Shown in pieces: positions 1-12,879 of a DNA stretch of 64,000 bases. Within the stretch, counting starts at the first letter, position 1; each line of letters starts with the position of its first letter. The stretch comes from Sphyrna mokarran (lineage: Eukaryota). Below the pieces are notes generated by a model that was not told the DNA's origin, made no database searches, and worked only from the letters and a program-made list of their open reading frames with translations. The translations under genes and the position numbers were made by a program. The stretch covers positions 18,972,001-19,036,000 of the forward strand of contig JAGIQG010000020.1 in the NCBI GenBank assembly GCA_024679065.1, read 5' to 3'.

Positions 1-249
1 CTATCGTAAACGGATGCATTCGAGTGCGGATTTGAAAATATCCTTTCTCAATTCAGAATGGAAACTATATAATAAATTGTGCGAATCCCTAATTGTGAGA
101 GCGTAGTTTCCTGAAAAAACGGGAGGAAATTGGAAAGAATAGTCTTTTCTATCAAGTGACTATCCGTGAGTTACACTCCTGTCCTCGTTAAGACAAGATG
201 TATATACAGAGGAGCAATTCTTCTTCGGAGCCCTTCTGATGTTTGTGTG

Positions 250-495
250 CTGTATATAGCATACAAATATCATATAGCATTATATTGTTTGATATAATAT
301 TTCAGTTTTCATGTATACTCCAGAATATATATACCATATATTTTAGCATATATAACTATATGTTATATATACATATGTATAGAAATGCTATATATAGTTA
401 AGTATATAATAATATATACACTATATTATAACATATACTATATATACCATATATTATTTTATAAAATACATGTATTTTGTATATACTATATATGG
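250..495. repeat. degenerate (TA)n low-complexity tract
   Basis: Visible TA-rich run. Confidence 0.85.
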
Positions 496-1994
496 CAACT
501 TATCTATTTGGAAGGATTCTCATTTCTCATGATCGAATATAGAATTTGAAACACAGTTTCAAAACTTTTAAAGGAAATAATAATTCTTTTGTAATTAAAG
601 TGGATCCCCGGGCCTCTAACTGAGCATCATAAAAGTGCATTTGAATTGGAAAACACGCCACGCACTTTCCGCAATATTTTTTTCCAATTCAAATCACAGA
701 GCGGGCTTCCCAGAATAAATCATCCCAAAGCAATATTGCTCAAACCAAGCCGAAAAAGCCTGCATCCAAACTAAAATCGCCCACCGACCCTTCCTGATGG
801 CATATAGACCATCAGTTGCAATCGCGTTGAGTGCCCGGACCAAGCCCGAGGGGCGGAACGTCTGCCTCTTGTTTTGAGTGTTTTTTGTGTTGTGGGTGCT
901 GCTGGTAAACGCTGTTCGGCTTCCTACCCACCGAGAGCACGTTTTAATGAAGCTGGTGGGGTGGGGCTGGGTTGGAGGTGGGCGGGGTGATAGATTCGGC
1001 AACAATTACTTCTGAAATTTTACAAGGCGCCCTTCAGCTGAAATTTGTGTTACCTGCTGTCTATAAATCGCCTTTGTTTCGCGAGCGGCGATTGCCTGGG
1101 GCACAGTTTTCGTCAGAACCTTGCACACCAGTTTTTGACACCAGTTTAAACTTCACTGTCATGGCAGCAATTGTAGACTGGCTGAAGAGAATTGCTGCCA
1201 GAAATGCTACCGCGGTGATTCTTAGCCAAGTCACTGTCCTAATGCACGACTGGGAGAATTAGTCGTCACTGCATTTCTAAAATTGCCTCCCTCCTCCCCA
1301 CCTTTTTTTAGATATGTATGCCGATGTTGTTTGATAGGCTGATGTTTAGGGAAATCAGCTGCGAGGGGAAACTGCCTTGTTCAGAGAGTGGGACTGTGTT
1401 GTGTTCAATGCGGATTTTGATTCAGTCTTGTGCCAACTCCTCCCAAGACTTCCTCCTGCCAGGCACACGCTAATGCGAGGTATCTTTCAATCTACCCTTA
1501 TAACCAGTAAGACCGATATTCAAGCACCATGAATGGAATTCAGTTGTTTCCTTGAGCAGTGTGAAGACACAGTAAGAAGTCTCACAAAACCAGGTTAGAG
1601 TCCAACCAATCTTCCCTAACCTGGTATTGTGAGACTTTTTACTGTGTTTACGCAAGTTCAACGCCGGTATCTCCACACAGTCTGAAGGCAGACAGTGCAG
1701 GCAAGTTTGAAGTGAGCTTATACATAAATCGATGAGATATCCCGGTACAGCTTTGGCCACATTGCCAACAGGCAGTGTGGGTTCATTGAAATTGCACATC
1801 GTTCAGTTTCGGGCGTGGGTTTTGTTGTTCAGTTCTCCTCCCTTTTTCCGACTGTCACTACTAGTTTTGTGGCCACATCTGCTTCCGGTTACCGTCCTCA
1901 ATGTGAGCCAGGAGTAATGTTCGCCTGCTTTCCTGTTCTGCTCACGGACAACGCTCGAGTTAGCAACAGGGTCAAGCCTTCGTCCCACCTCTGT

Positions 1995-2080
1995 TTAAGT
2001 TTAAGTTTATTCATTAGTTTCGCAAGTAGGCTTACATTAACACTGCAGTGAAGTTACTGTGAAAAATTCCCTCATCGCTC
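1995..2080 (-). mobile_element. SINE 3' tail fragment (V-SINE variant tail)
   Basis: caagtaggcttacattaacactgcagtgaagttactgtgaaaa matches the tails at 7010-7065 (+), 52540, 58745 and 59670. Confidence 0.7.
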
Positions 2081-3564
2081 TGGACGTGACAAATAAATGA
2101 ACCCACAATCAATTAACAGAGACACCTAACGAAGGTTGCAGTTTAAAAACAATGACTTTAGAATTTGTTATCACGCAATAACTGGAGAATGCTGTGAAAT
2201 ATTAGGCAATACAACTATCTTCCAGATGTTTATTTCCTTCCCACTGTCTAAAGTTGTGCCGGCACTTCCCAAACACTTTTTTTAGTTTATAAGTTGACTG
2301 CAGATTTTGTCCTTTGAATATATTTTATTAGATTATTTACGTGTTGACTAACAGTAAATAGTAAAAAGACTATTTACAATAACCGTGGAAGAAAGTGGTT
2401 TTAATTGTGCTATTTTTTCCCCACTTTTTGGCAAACTGTCGAATAACTGTTATCAGATGTTACGCACCCCAATTAACACTTCTATAGCTGCTCTGAACAT
2501 AAATAAATGGGAATTTAGAAATAAAATGATTTGTTAGGGGAAGTTGAGAATGTCCTTCCATTACACAATATTTGCAGCGTTAACCACACCGCTGCACTCT
2601 GCTAGATAAGGACAGTTGTGTTTTGAGAATCCCCTTACTGATGTCCATCTGGACAATGCCAGACTTGTGACTTAAAGCTTAAAAAAATTACACGTGCTTC
2701 AAGTATGAAACCGTTCTGTCGCGTCCGCCTTTTGTTCAATTTTAAAACAAGGACGGCTGTTTTAGCACAGCACCCTGATATATCGAGAAACCAGGCAAAT
2801 ACTAGTGCCAATAAATCGATGGAGGGGTTGTTGCAATGAAATTGCTGTCATTACATCTACATTCTGCGGGGTAGACAAAACAATTGCCCCGAGTTTCTAA
2901 CAGGTGGTATGGAATCAGTGGTGCGAAACTTTATCTTCCCGGCAGCATTTCCGCCGTTACTGCTTAATGTGACTTGTCCCAGTATTTCCTCCACCTTTTA
3001 CTGAATTGAGCAAACAACAAGGTCAACTTTTGTGCACCTTCCAACAATATTGTTGGAAACTATCGCTAAATCTCCAGGAACCTGGGTATAACTCAATCGA
3101 ATCCTGTACTTAATGTGAGATAACAACCGGTCTACTGGGTCCAGTGAAGGTAGAGAAAAAAGTATTTCTTTGCACTCAGATTGCCCTTTCCAAAGCTCAG
3201 GTTTTTCAGATGTATAATGTATTGCCAGTATTGGTGTAAACGGTGACCGCAGCAGTATTTAATACCAGGAAGAACCCGCTGGATGAAATATTTACTGAGA
3301 TCTGATGTAAAACCTATTGCTTGTCCATGTTTAAGTAGAAGCCGTGGTAAAGGGGAGAACGAAAGAACAATCCGACTTGTTCTGGGACTTTGAGATATGT
3401 GTAAGGTGCTTTCTATCCGGAATGGGGCAGATCGGAAGTATTGACAACATTTATCCTACAGAGCATCCCGCGAACTCATTTTACGTGAAAATAACTTGGC
3501 GAGGCCGGTGGTCTCACAAATAATCATAGGTGCTAAATTACAGAATATCCTGACCGACCTTCTT

Positions 3565-3865
3565 ATGGAATCCGTACATTGCAGAAAGAGGCCATTCGGC
3601 CCATTGAGCCTACACTGGCAACAATCCCATCCAGGCCCTACCTTCATAACTCCATGTATTTACCTGCTAATCGCCCTGACGCTAAGGGGCAATTTAGCAT
3701 GACCAATCAATCGAACCCGTATGTTTTGGGACTGTGGGAGGAAACCAGAGCACCCAAGGAAAGCAGCCGCAGACACGGTGAGAATGTGCAAACTTCACAC
3801 AGACAATCAGCCAAGGCAGGAATTGAAACTGTGTGTCTGGCATTATGAGACCACCATGCCAACAT
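3565..3865 (-). mobile_element. V-domain tRNA-derived SINE (HE1-like) with CR1-type tail
   Basis: ggactgtgggaggaaaccagagcacc...agaatgtgcaaacttcacacagac is the reverse complement of the V-SINE core; tail gaggccattcggccc. Confidence 0.85.
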
Positions 3866-4089
3866 TCACTCTGGATGGAGTGCATATTGCACCCATTCAT
3901 TGTCCAATAACCGTTCTGGTCTGCGTTGTTTCGTATTCAGTTTATTCTGGAAATGAAATTTTAATCCGTGCCTTGTTCCAAAACAGCTTTCTGTCTGTTT
4001 GCATACTGGCATATCTTTAGACTGAGGGGCGTCCTGGTCCTTTTGATGGTGCTGTTACTTTTTGAAGTGCTGGGACATAGCTTTTCCAA

Positions 4090-4330
4090 AACTTTACAGT
4101 GTAGAAAGAGGCCATTCGATCCATCGAGTCCACGCTGGCTCTCTGAAAAAGCATCATACCCAATCTTACTCTCCTACCTTTTCTCCATAACCTTGCACAT
4201 ATTTTCCTTTCAGATAACAATCCCATTCCACTGTCTTGGGATGCCTCTTCCAGCCTCCAAACACACTCTGGATGAAAACATTTCTCTTCAGTTCAATTTT
4301 ACTTTTTTTGCCCATTAGTTTGACTATGTA
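4090..4330 (-). mobile_element. decayed CR1 LINE 3' end
   Basis: gaggccattcgatccatcgagtc tail followed by degenerate CR1 3' sequence. Confidence 0.55.
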
Positions 4331-4464
4331 TCCTCCCAATGTATAGTTCTCAGAATCATCTTTTTGCTTGCATTTTAACTATTGATTTGCTGCTGTAACC
4401 CTTTATTATCTGTAATCTCTCTAGTGTGGAGGGGAGAAGGGCTGTTGATGGTAGGTAAAGAGTA

Positions 4465-4615
4465 AAGATAAAGTTGCCACAGTCCCAGATGACCATAGGC
4501 TGCTCTCTTCTTTGAGGGAGAGCTGGCTGGTGGTGATTTAGTCTGAGGATCACCACACATCAAGCAAGGGGCAAGGTTGAGAAAGCAGTGTCTTCATGAA
4601 TAACCTCAGTCAGAT
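4465..4615 (-). mobile_element. shark SINE fragment (family also at 15025-15245, +)
   Basis: The reverse complement ends ...gagagcagcctatggtcatctgggactgtggcaactttatcttt, resembling gcctatggccctttgtggacgat at ~15212. Confidence 0.55.
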
Positions 4616-5109
4616 GGTGCAAGTCCGGTGGACAGTGGACAGAATCTTTATTAAGTTTAGCAAGAGGTGCTGTAGAAGTTAGATGCAAGTTGTACATGTT
4701 AAACTCTAAAACAATTATGACACTGTTGCCTAGTGCATTGAATCAGGTTTCTCCCTGTCCACCAAATAGGGGAATATTCCAGCTGGTAAATCTAAAGCTC
4801 TCACCTGAGGTGCAAACGAGAATAAGTTGTCATAATTGGCACATCTGAGATGTCAAAATCTAGGAGAGGGGATCTTGTAAGTGTCACAACAAAGTGGGTT
4901 ATGGCACTTGATGTGAATACAGGGATTTGGTAAACAGGCATTCAATGAAGGATTTAATTATATATGGTGTTGGGAGCTGACCCTGAATAAGAGATACCAG
5001 AAAGTTTCTAGTTCAGAAATGCACCTCATTCAAAATCAAGCAGTTAATAGGAATGAGCTCAATGAAATTGGCCCAAAATTGAGCAAGATCCATGCAAAGC
5101 AAATCCATA

Positions 5110-5490
5110 ATTTTTTGTTCTTTCTTGGGATGTGGATGTTATTGGCAAGTGCAGCATTTGTTGCCCCATCTCTAATTGCCCTTGAACTGAGTGACCTTTT
5201 CAGAGGGCAGTTAATTGATGTGGGTCTGGAGTCACATATAGGCCAAACCAGTCATGATGACAGATTCCCTTTCCTTTCCTAAAGAGCAATTATTGAACCA
5301 GCTGGTTTTTTACAACAATCAACAATAGTTTCATGGTCACCATTATGGAGACTAGTTTTCAATTCTGGTTTTTATGAAATGAACTTAAATTCCATCCACT
5401 GTTGTGGTTGAGTTTAAACCTCTGTACCCCAGAGCATTACCCCGAACCTCTGGATTATTAGTCCAGGTACATTACACTGCACCACCATCT
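5110..5490 (-). mobile_element. tRNA-type shark SINE (family B)
   Basis: Reverse-complement similarity to the copies at 38078, 56150 and 60915 (cactggactaataatccagag...ggttca...tagg-aagg-aatct). Confidence 0.8.
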
Positions 5491-6791
5491 CATTAACTCA
5501 CATCGTACTACAAATGAAACACAAACCCTATGGGATAACTTAAGTTCCAACTCTGATCTCCTGCCCAATCTCTTGTTGAGGAGAGGGTGCAAGGAGTTTA
5601 AAATTGCTTTGGAGAGAGCAGCCGGATTGCATTCTGTAGCTGCTTGTTTGGGTGGCTCATTCAAAATCTTGACATTTTCCCTATCTATTTTAGGGAATCT
5701 GTTTGTATGAATGTAATTTAATGTTTAGAATTGAACTTCCAGTTAGCTGTGTTTTAAATACAGTTGCTATTCCTGTGTAGATGCAATACAAAGAAAAGCC
5801 AAGAACCTAATCTCCAGAATCCGAAGGAATCAGTGCAAAAGCTTGGCTTTATTGGTCTTTATAGAATTTTTTTTAGGTATTTGGTATTAAACAGTTTAAG
5901 GAAGATAAATCACGAACACTACTTGAAGTAAATCATGAAAGTAGACAAAGGCAAAAACATGTGAAAGGTGAATTTCAGATGGATGGCAGGAATGGCTTTT
6001 CATTTGGAGAAATTAAGATTTAAATCACCAACAGAACAGTGGTAAGACTTTCAGTCATTTGGGAGATAACTGGATATCTTGGGGGGAGGGGAATTGCAGA
6101 GGTTTTTGTCTGGATGGGTTAAAATGGAATGTATGACCTTCCTCACTCGTATGCATTTTGTCATTGCATACTACTTAATTTTCCAGATATCATAAGTTTA
6201 GTTTTATGGTTTCCCAGTGCCAATTTGCATGCCCAATTTGGCTGCCACTGAGATGCAAGACCTTCATTTCTATTTTCTTTTTCATTTTACCCTTTATGCC
6301 TTTCTCTCCTTTTGACATGCTGCCTTTCATTTCTCCTTTCAGGTCTCTCTTTATCGTGTCCAGATTTATCTACTAAACCTTCTTGAAGTATCTTGAAATG
6401 TTTACTACATGAAATGGAGAAATAAATTCAAGTTATTGTTGGATATTTTAAAGGTCTCAAAAATCAACTAATGCTATTATTAAAAACAATGTTTGCATTC
6501 TCTGTTTCAGCGAGTTCCAGCGAGACTCCAGTGACTAAGATCAGTTTTATATCCTTCCTGCTTTGGGACCAAATCCATCTATACCTTGATAGATGAGGTG
6601 CATATTGGATTTGCTTTCAATCCTTTAAATATATTTCCATTCATCTTAGCAGAAAATAGTCATCTGATCATAAAGTTAACTTCAAGCATGAAGTCATTGC
6701 TTCTAATATTATATTTTTCCTGAGGTTTTGAGACATAATTGTGTCTCCAGTTCTCACACCCTTCAGACTTAGCCAAGCCTCAATTTGCAAT

Positions 6792-7065
6792 GGTGGCATA
6801 CTAGCACAGTGGTTAGCACTGCTGCCTCACAGTGCCAGGGATTTGGGTTTAATTCCCAGCTTGGGCCATTGTCTGTGTGGAGTTTGCACGTTCTCCTTCT
6901 GTCTGTGTGTATTTCCTCTGGGTTCTTCCATTTCCTCCCACAGTCTGAAAGATGTGCTGGTTAAGTGTCTTGACCCAAACAGGCACCAAACTGTGGCCAC
7001 TAAAGGAATTTCACAGTAACTTAATTGCAGTGTTAATGTAAGCTTGTGACTAATAAATAAACTTT
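6792..7065 (+). mobile_element. V-domain SINE, variant tail
   Basis: A/B-box-like head (tagcacagtggttagcactgctgcctcacag...ggtttaattcc), V core gtggagtttgcacgttctcc, tail taataaataaacttt. Confidence 0.88.
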
Positions 7066-7398
7066 AAAATACAAGAAATGTCAAATGGAAAGCAAATAAA
7101 CTCACAATCATGTAGCTTCCATAACAATAATTAAACTTAGTGCTCCTCCCGATACTGGTATCCAGAATTACACTTTATTCATTTCCAGTAATGTGTGCTT
7201 AATATAGTTTGAGCCAATTAAGCTTAGCCTAAACAACATTTGCTTCAACTTCCATCTGACATTGGTTTCCCATTAGCAGTATCACGATAGCTAGACACCA
7301 AAAAATGGTCATGTTTTAAACTGTTCCCTTTAATTCAAGGTAAAATGCAACAGTTTGGAGAGGGAGATGTGAGCTTCTTTGAAACCTGCCCAGTTACA

Positions 7399-7800
7399 AA
7401 GCCATAGAACATAGAACATTACAGCGCAGAACAGGCCCTTCGGCCTTCGATGTTGCGTCGACCAATTAGGAACAAGCAGTGACCCTCTAACCTAAACCAT
7501 TCCCCTTTCATCCATAAACTTATCTACTAACCTCTTAAATTCCACCAAACTTGGCGCATCTACAACTGACGCAGGCAAGGCATTCCATACCCTTACCACC
7601 CTCTGGGTAAAGAACCTACCTCTGACATCTGTCCTAAAACCACCACCCCTTAATTTAAAGCTATGTCCCCTCGTGCTAGCTTTCTCCATCCTAGGAAAAA
7701 GGCTATCACTGTCCACCCTATCTAAACCTCTAATCATCTTATATGTTTCAATAAGGTCTCCTCTTAGCCGTCTTCTTTCTAACGAAAGCGTTGAAGCCAT
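7399..7800 (-). mobile_element. 5'-truncated young CR1 LINE (ORF2 C-terminus + 3' tail)
   Basis: Open frame SLERRRLRGDLIETYKMIRGLDRVD...FFTQRVVRVWNALP; (catagaa)n tail; AAGCCAT at both ends. Confidence 0.93.
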
Positions 7801-7847
7801 GTAGCTTCAAACAAATTCTACCTGGAGACAAACTCATGTGATCTGTC

Positions 7848-9440
7848 TGTTATGGAGGCAGAAATTTAATCAAAATCTAGTGAAAATAACATGCAAACTT
7901 TAACACCTTAATACAAAGGTGGATGCAGCTGGTCATACTGCTGCCCAAGCTCCCAGAGTCAGGCTGGCTGAGAGATTTTGGGAAAGAAGTCCTACAACAG
8001 ATCTGTAATGTAAAAGAGGGTGAAAACATTTTTGGGGAAGTTAATGACCAAGCAGAGTGCTGCTGAGGATGGATTTCTAGTTCAAAGAAACAGAGTTTTC
8101 TGAAGACTTACAAACTACAGGGTCACAGAGGGTTAAAAGCAAATTACTGTGGATACTGGAATCTAAAATCAAAAGAGAAAATGTTGGAAAATCTCAGGAG
8201 TCTGGCAGCATCTGTTAGCTGATGTTTTGAGTCCGGATGACCCTTTGTCAAAACCTCTCCAAAGCTTTGATAAAGGGTCATCTGAACTCGAAACTTCATC
8301 ACAAAGGGGTATCTTGATACTGGAAGTCCACTCAATTATACTCAAGTTATTGAGTGAAAATACTTCATTTAAAAAATACTGGAAGATATTGATCAATTTG
8401 AACAAGAGAAGATATATTGTTAAAACTCAGAGGAGTGGATGGGAATCTTTTCTGAGTGTCAGCTCAGATAAGAAACTGCAGTGAATCTCTTCAACTTCAC
8501 AGACCAGTTTTTTGTCCAGACTTTGATCCTCTTAGTCAAAAAAAAATGAATAGGTGTGGGTCACATTGATGGGGCAGGTCCTCATATAATTGGCAAGATG
8601 GACTCCTCAGAGACCTACCCTGATCAGAATAAAAAGTTAACTTCCCTCCCCTCTCCCCAGCCTCCCCACAATCATCATATCGCTGGCATTCCCATCCCCC
8701 TTAGTGTCCGCTCTTCCCCCACTTCCACCGCACACCAGATGGAGAAACTCCAACTCCTCCAGGAGCTCTTACTATGGCCTGCTCCTGGCACTGCCCTGAC
8801 AGAGCTTGCTATGTAAGGCCAGTGACCAGCCATGTACTTCTCACTCTTGGGGGCCATGTTTACCTCTGCACCCCCAGAGGGGTCCTGTCTTTTGTTTGAC
8901 GAAACCTATTGTCAGCCTCAATGACATGATGTCACATTAGCAACATTATTTAATGAGGAGATCATGTGGTTGGAGCCTGTTAATAATATTTAAATACTTT
9001 GAAATCTAGTTAAATGATGTTCCCACCTTTGTGGGCATGAATCTCATGGCTTCGCTGGCAAGGGTTGGGGACCATCAGAAAACACAATCTCTCTGGAGAG
9101 AATCACACCTCCAGCTTCTCTCTGGACTTTGTACTCAAGTTAGCAATCCCCTGCACTGAGAGTACAGGCTCAAAATCCCCTCAGATTGTAGTGTAATGTG
9201 TAACTGTGGAATGGAGTTTCTGGCTGTGTTACTCAAGAATACCTTTTCTGTAGTTCAGCATATTAGTTTCGTAATAAGTAATGTTTAGTCAATGCTCATA
9301 GTAGTGTGTTTGTTACAGTAAAAGTTTTAAAACGAAGAATCTTAAAATATGAAATTTTCACATGCAATCTTTTGAGTGGATCACTGGAAAAACATCTCTC
9401 TTTCTGGAAGTTATTTGTCTCTATAGGGATCATAAAAACA
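7848..9440. mobile_element. possible decayed solo LTR interrupted by younger insertions
   Basis: Begins TGTTATGG and ends ...gggatcataaaaaCA; internal segments at 8135-8295 and ~8530-9185 look inserted; no TSD confirmed. Confidence 0.25.
8135..8294. mobile_element. Penelope-like terminal repeat fragment with inverted arms
   Basis: Arms at 8224-8252 and 8266-8294 are 25/29 complementary; related sequence at 45360-45480 and 55510-55610. Confidence 0.6.
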
Positions 9441-9844
9441 TTTTTTGAAAACAATCAATCATAAGTTAAAATAAAACACACAAGGCCTTCCAGCTGATAT
9501 CCATACTTATCAAATTTTTAATGAACACTGAAATATGGCCTATTTTCAATTATTTTTCTACATATATTGAGGCATATTTTTGAATAGAGCACTGGGATTT
9601 TTTGTTGTATGATATTACTTGATGATGCTGTTCAGTTTTCAGTCAAATTTACATTCATTGAAATAAATTGAAACATCTCTAATTTGAAAAAAGAAAATTG
9701 TTGTTAGATTTTGGCTTTGATGGTTGCTTTAGCTCATTTGGTGAGTTAACTAATTAAAACAGGAGAAGTGTTGAAAGAATCCAATAGGCCTTGTGTTCAT
9801 GGGATGAATTGGGGAAATCAACCAGTTCCTTGCTCCTGACGTCA

Positions 9845-10225
9845 TATAAGCTCACAAACAAAGAGCAGGAATTGCCTATTCAGCCCCTCAAGCCTGCTCT
9901 GCCATTTAATCAGATCATGGCTGATCTGAGAGTTAATCTCAAATCTGCATCCCACCTACCTCCAACAACTTATTTCCCCCTTGCTGACCAAGAACCTATC
10001 TACTTCTGACTTAAAAAGATTCAAAAACGTCTGCTTCCATTATCTTTGCAGGAAGAGAGTTCCAAAGACTTACAACTCTCTGAGTGAAATAAATTCACCA
10101 TCATCTTTGTTTTAAATGGGCAAACCATTATTTTATAATTATGACTCCTGCCCTCATTCTGGATTCTCCCACGAAAGGAAACATCCTCTCCACATCCACC
10201 CTGTCAAAACTCTTCAGAATCTTTT
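9845..10225 (-). mobile_element. decayed CR1 LINE 3' end
   Basis: cagcccctcaagcctgctctgccatttaatcagatcatggctgatc...ggaagagagttccaaagact. Confidence 0.8.
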
Positions 10226-10459
10226 GGAAGTGCATAGATATCAAGAAGGGAATGGATCAGGCTTGGATGTGATGCCTCCTGTCAATGCAGTTATATCTAC
10301 TGACATCACTGTCCCCTTACTATTCAGATTTAGGCAAGAAGTGACCATTTGGATGATATTCTTAAGGATGATCCGATCCATTTGAATTATACCTCCTGAA
10401 GGGTCTTCCATTAGTGGTTGAAGAGTCAAAACTGGGGCATAAAAATTAACCATAAGACC

Positions 10460-10700
10460 ATAAGACTATAAGATATAAGGCAGAATTATGCCAGTCAGTC
10501 CATTAAGTCTGCTCCACCATTTAATCACAGCTAATACTTTCGTTGCCACATTGTATTCAACTTTTTTGCTCACTCTGCTAAGCTGTCCAAGTCCTTCTGC
10601 TGCATGCCCCCCCCCACCCTGCTTTCTCAATACTATTTGTCCCTGTACATATCTTTGTATCATCTGCACACTTAGTGGCAAAGCCTTTAGTTCCTTCTTC
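10460..10700 (-). mobile_element. CR1 LINE fragments
   Basis: (cataaga)-like tail plus RT-region remnant (reverse of ...gcagcagaaggacttggacagcttag). Confidence 0.6.
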
Positions 10701-11194
10701 CAATGTTAATAAATGATACAGGCTAATTCCATCAGGATGCATTTTTGGACAAACATCAACCCTGGAACATCTTATATTATATTTAGTAGTGGCCTCCTCA
10801 TTGTGGTCTTCCTTTTCATTGTCTTCAGATCTGTAGGAGATCTCGGTCTAATATGCTGTATATCAATGGACCAATTAACAAGGAGTGTTGATCAAGACAT
10901 GCATCACAAGAATCCACCTTGTTTGCCATATTTTGCTCGAAGTCACATTTCCAAATTAATTGGCACCAATTTTCATTTATTTCATCGATTGCAAATGGAT
11001 GACAGAACCCATACATACCTCTCCATTTCCTATCCATTGCTACCCATCACTATTGTGGTTGGAGTGCAAGTGATGAATCTCATAGAACCCTGACATTGCA
11101 GAAGGAGTCCATTTGTTTCATCCAGTCAAGGAGATATCTTACTCAGACATCTTCCCCACACTATTCTCAATCCAACTAAACTACACATCTTGGG

Positions 11195-11392
11195 ACATTA
11201 AGGGACAATTTAGCTTGGCCAATCCTTCTAATCTTCATATCTTTGAACTGTGGGAGAAAACTGGAGCAATGGAGGAAACCCATGCAGACACAGGGAGAAT
11301 GTGCAAACTCTGCACATGCAGTCACCCAAGACTGGAATTGAACTCGGGTTCTTGGCACTGTGAGACAGCAGTGCTCACCATTGTGCTCCCTA
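11195..11392 (-). mobile_element. V-domain SINE
   Basis: gggacaatttagcttggccaatcc...ggaggaaacccatgcagacacagggagaatgtgcaaactc. Confidence 0.85.
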
Positions 11393-12879
11393 TCTGTTTC
11401 AGGCTGGAATTTATTTATGTTTTACAATCAGTCCCCAGGTGAGATTCCTCAAATTTGTTCACTGGGCGTGATCCTTCAATTGGTTTCTGTCCAGTGGGAT
11501 AACCCAAAATAGTCATGTCCCTGGTGAGGGCTGATGAACTCTTTATTCAATGCCCTCAAAAATGTTTCATATAAGAAAAGAATCCCTCCCTTTGTGGATT
11601 ATTTATTCATTATTAATCCGGAACCATTATTTATGTTTTAAAAGGGGAGAATATATACAGGCTTTCTTGAGTAAAAGATAGAATAAGTTATTAACTACTA
11701 AGAACAAGGAAATAATAAAACACATTCATACAGATTAGAAGATAGGATTGAGTCCAAACTGAGTTGGTAAAATAAGATACACAAAATTGCCCTTGGCTCA
11801 CGAGGATTAGGTGATTGAGTATCATGGAAATTGTGATAGCACTGACTTCTATAGGCAAATAATCAGTTTCAAGATCCCAGTCTTCTACAGTTTGGTAGAG
11901 AAACTTCCTTATTTCTGTTTCAGCTGTGATATTAGCTGATTTAGCTTACTCCAACAATCAGAGACACAGATAGAGGTATGTCTGCAAATGGCTTTTGTTT
12001 AGGTATTGCTGCTGGCTGGCTTCAGGTTTGCTGTCGCACACGTTTCAACACCTAGCACTGGTCCCCACAAACACACACACATCTGTGGCAGCTTTTTAGT
12101 TGAATTTCATTCCAATCTTTATATATTTCTGGGTTAAAAGTAAAGGTGAAACTCACAAATTCATCTGGACATTATGCATGGGATATCTCTTGATGAGATA
12201 ATATTTATCTCTATTATGTATCATTGTCTCCACTGGAGATGACAATTGGTTTTTATATGCTTTAGAAGTATCTCTGTCTGGAAACAGGATGGATCCATTG
12301 TTTTTCAGACATTCATCCACTAGCATTTTGATCAAGGATTGACTTTACATCCTCTTCCATCTTTGGCTTGTAAGTCCATTTTTAAGAATTCATTAATATT
12401 ATTCAAATTTCAATATTTCCAGATATATTTTGCTGTGTTTCCTTCATTATTATGAAAATTTTTAAGATGCCAGTAGAGGTCATATTGTCTTGGGGCAATT
12501 CTAATTTGTGAATGAATGAATGATGCAGAGTGCAAACATTGCCTATAGATAATTAAGATAGACTTACCAGAGGAAAAACATCAAGTTGGAAAGTTTTCAA
12601 ATTAAGAAGAATGATCAAATGTAAGTAATAAGCAATGATAATATACATTATCACCCCTTATGATAGCTATGGTCTGTAGACATGTAAATTACCTTCACAA
12701 TTTAGACATTGCATGATGTTTAATATAATTGTATAATCAGGTTGTATTACAAAATTAAGAATTGTTTTATGCAGTACTTTATCTTCTTCAAGACATTGTA
12801 AGAAAATTATGGTATTCAGTTGTTCAGGTGTCATAGAAACTTACAGTTACCATGCATCTGTTGTGCCTTCATTCCCCTC

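Noticed and set aside
6792-6862. tRNA gene-like A/B box sequences (also at other SINE heads)
   Set aside because: They are heads of tRNA-derived SINEs followed by a SINE body; no intact cloverleaf is visible.
11465-12490. Possible solo LTR
   Set aside because: The texture is suggestive, but no clear TG...CA termini or TSD could be identified.
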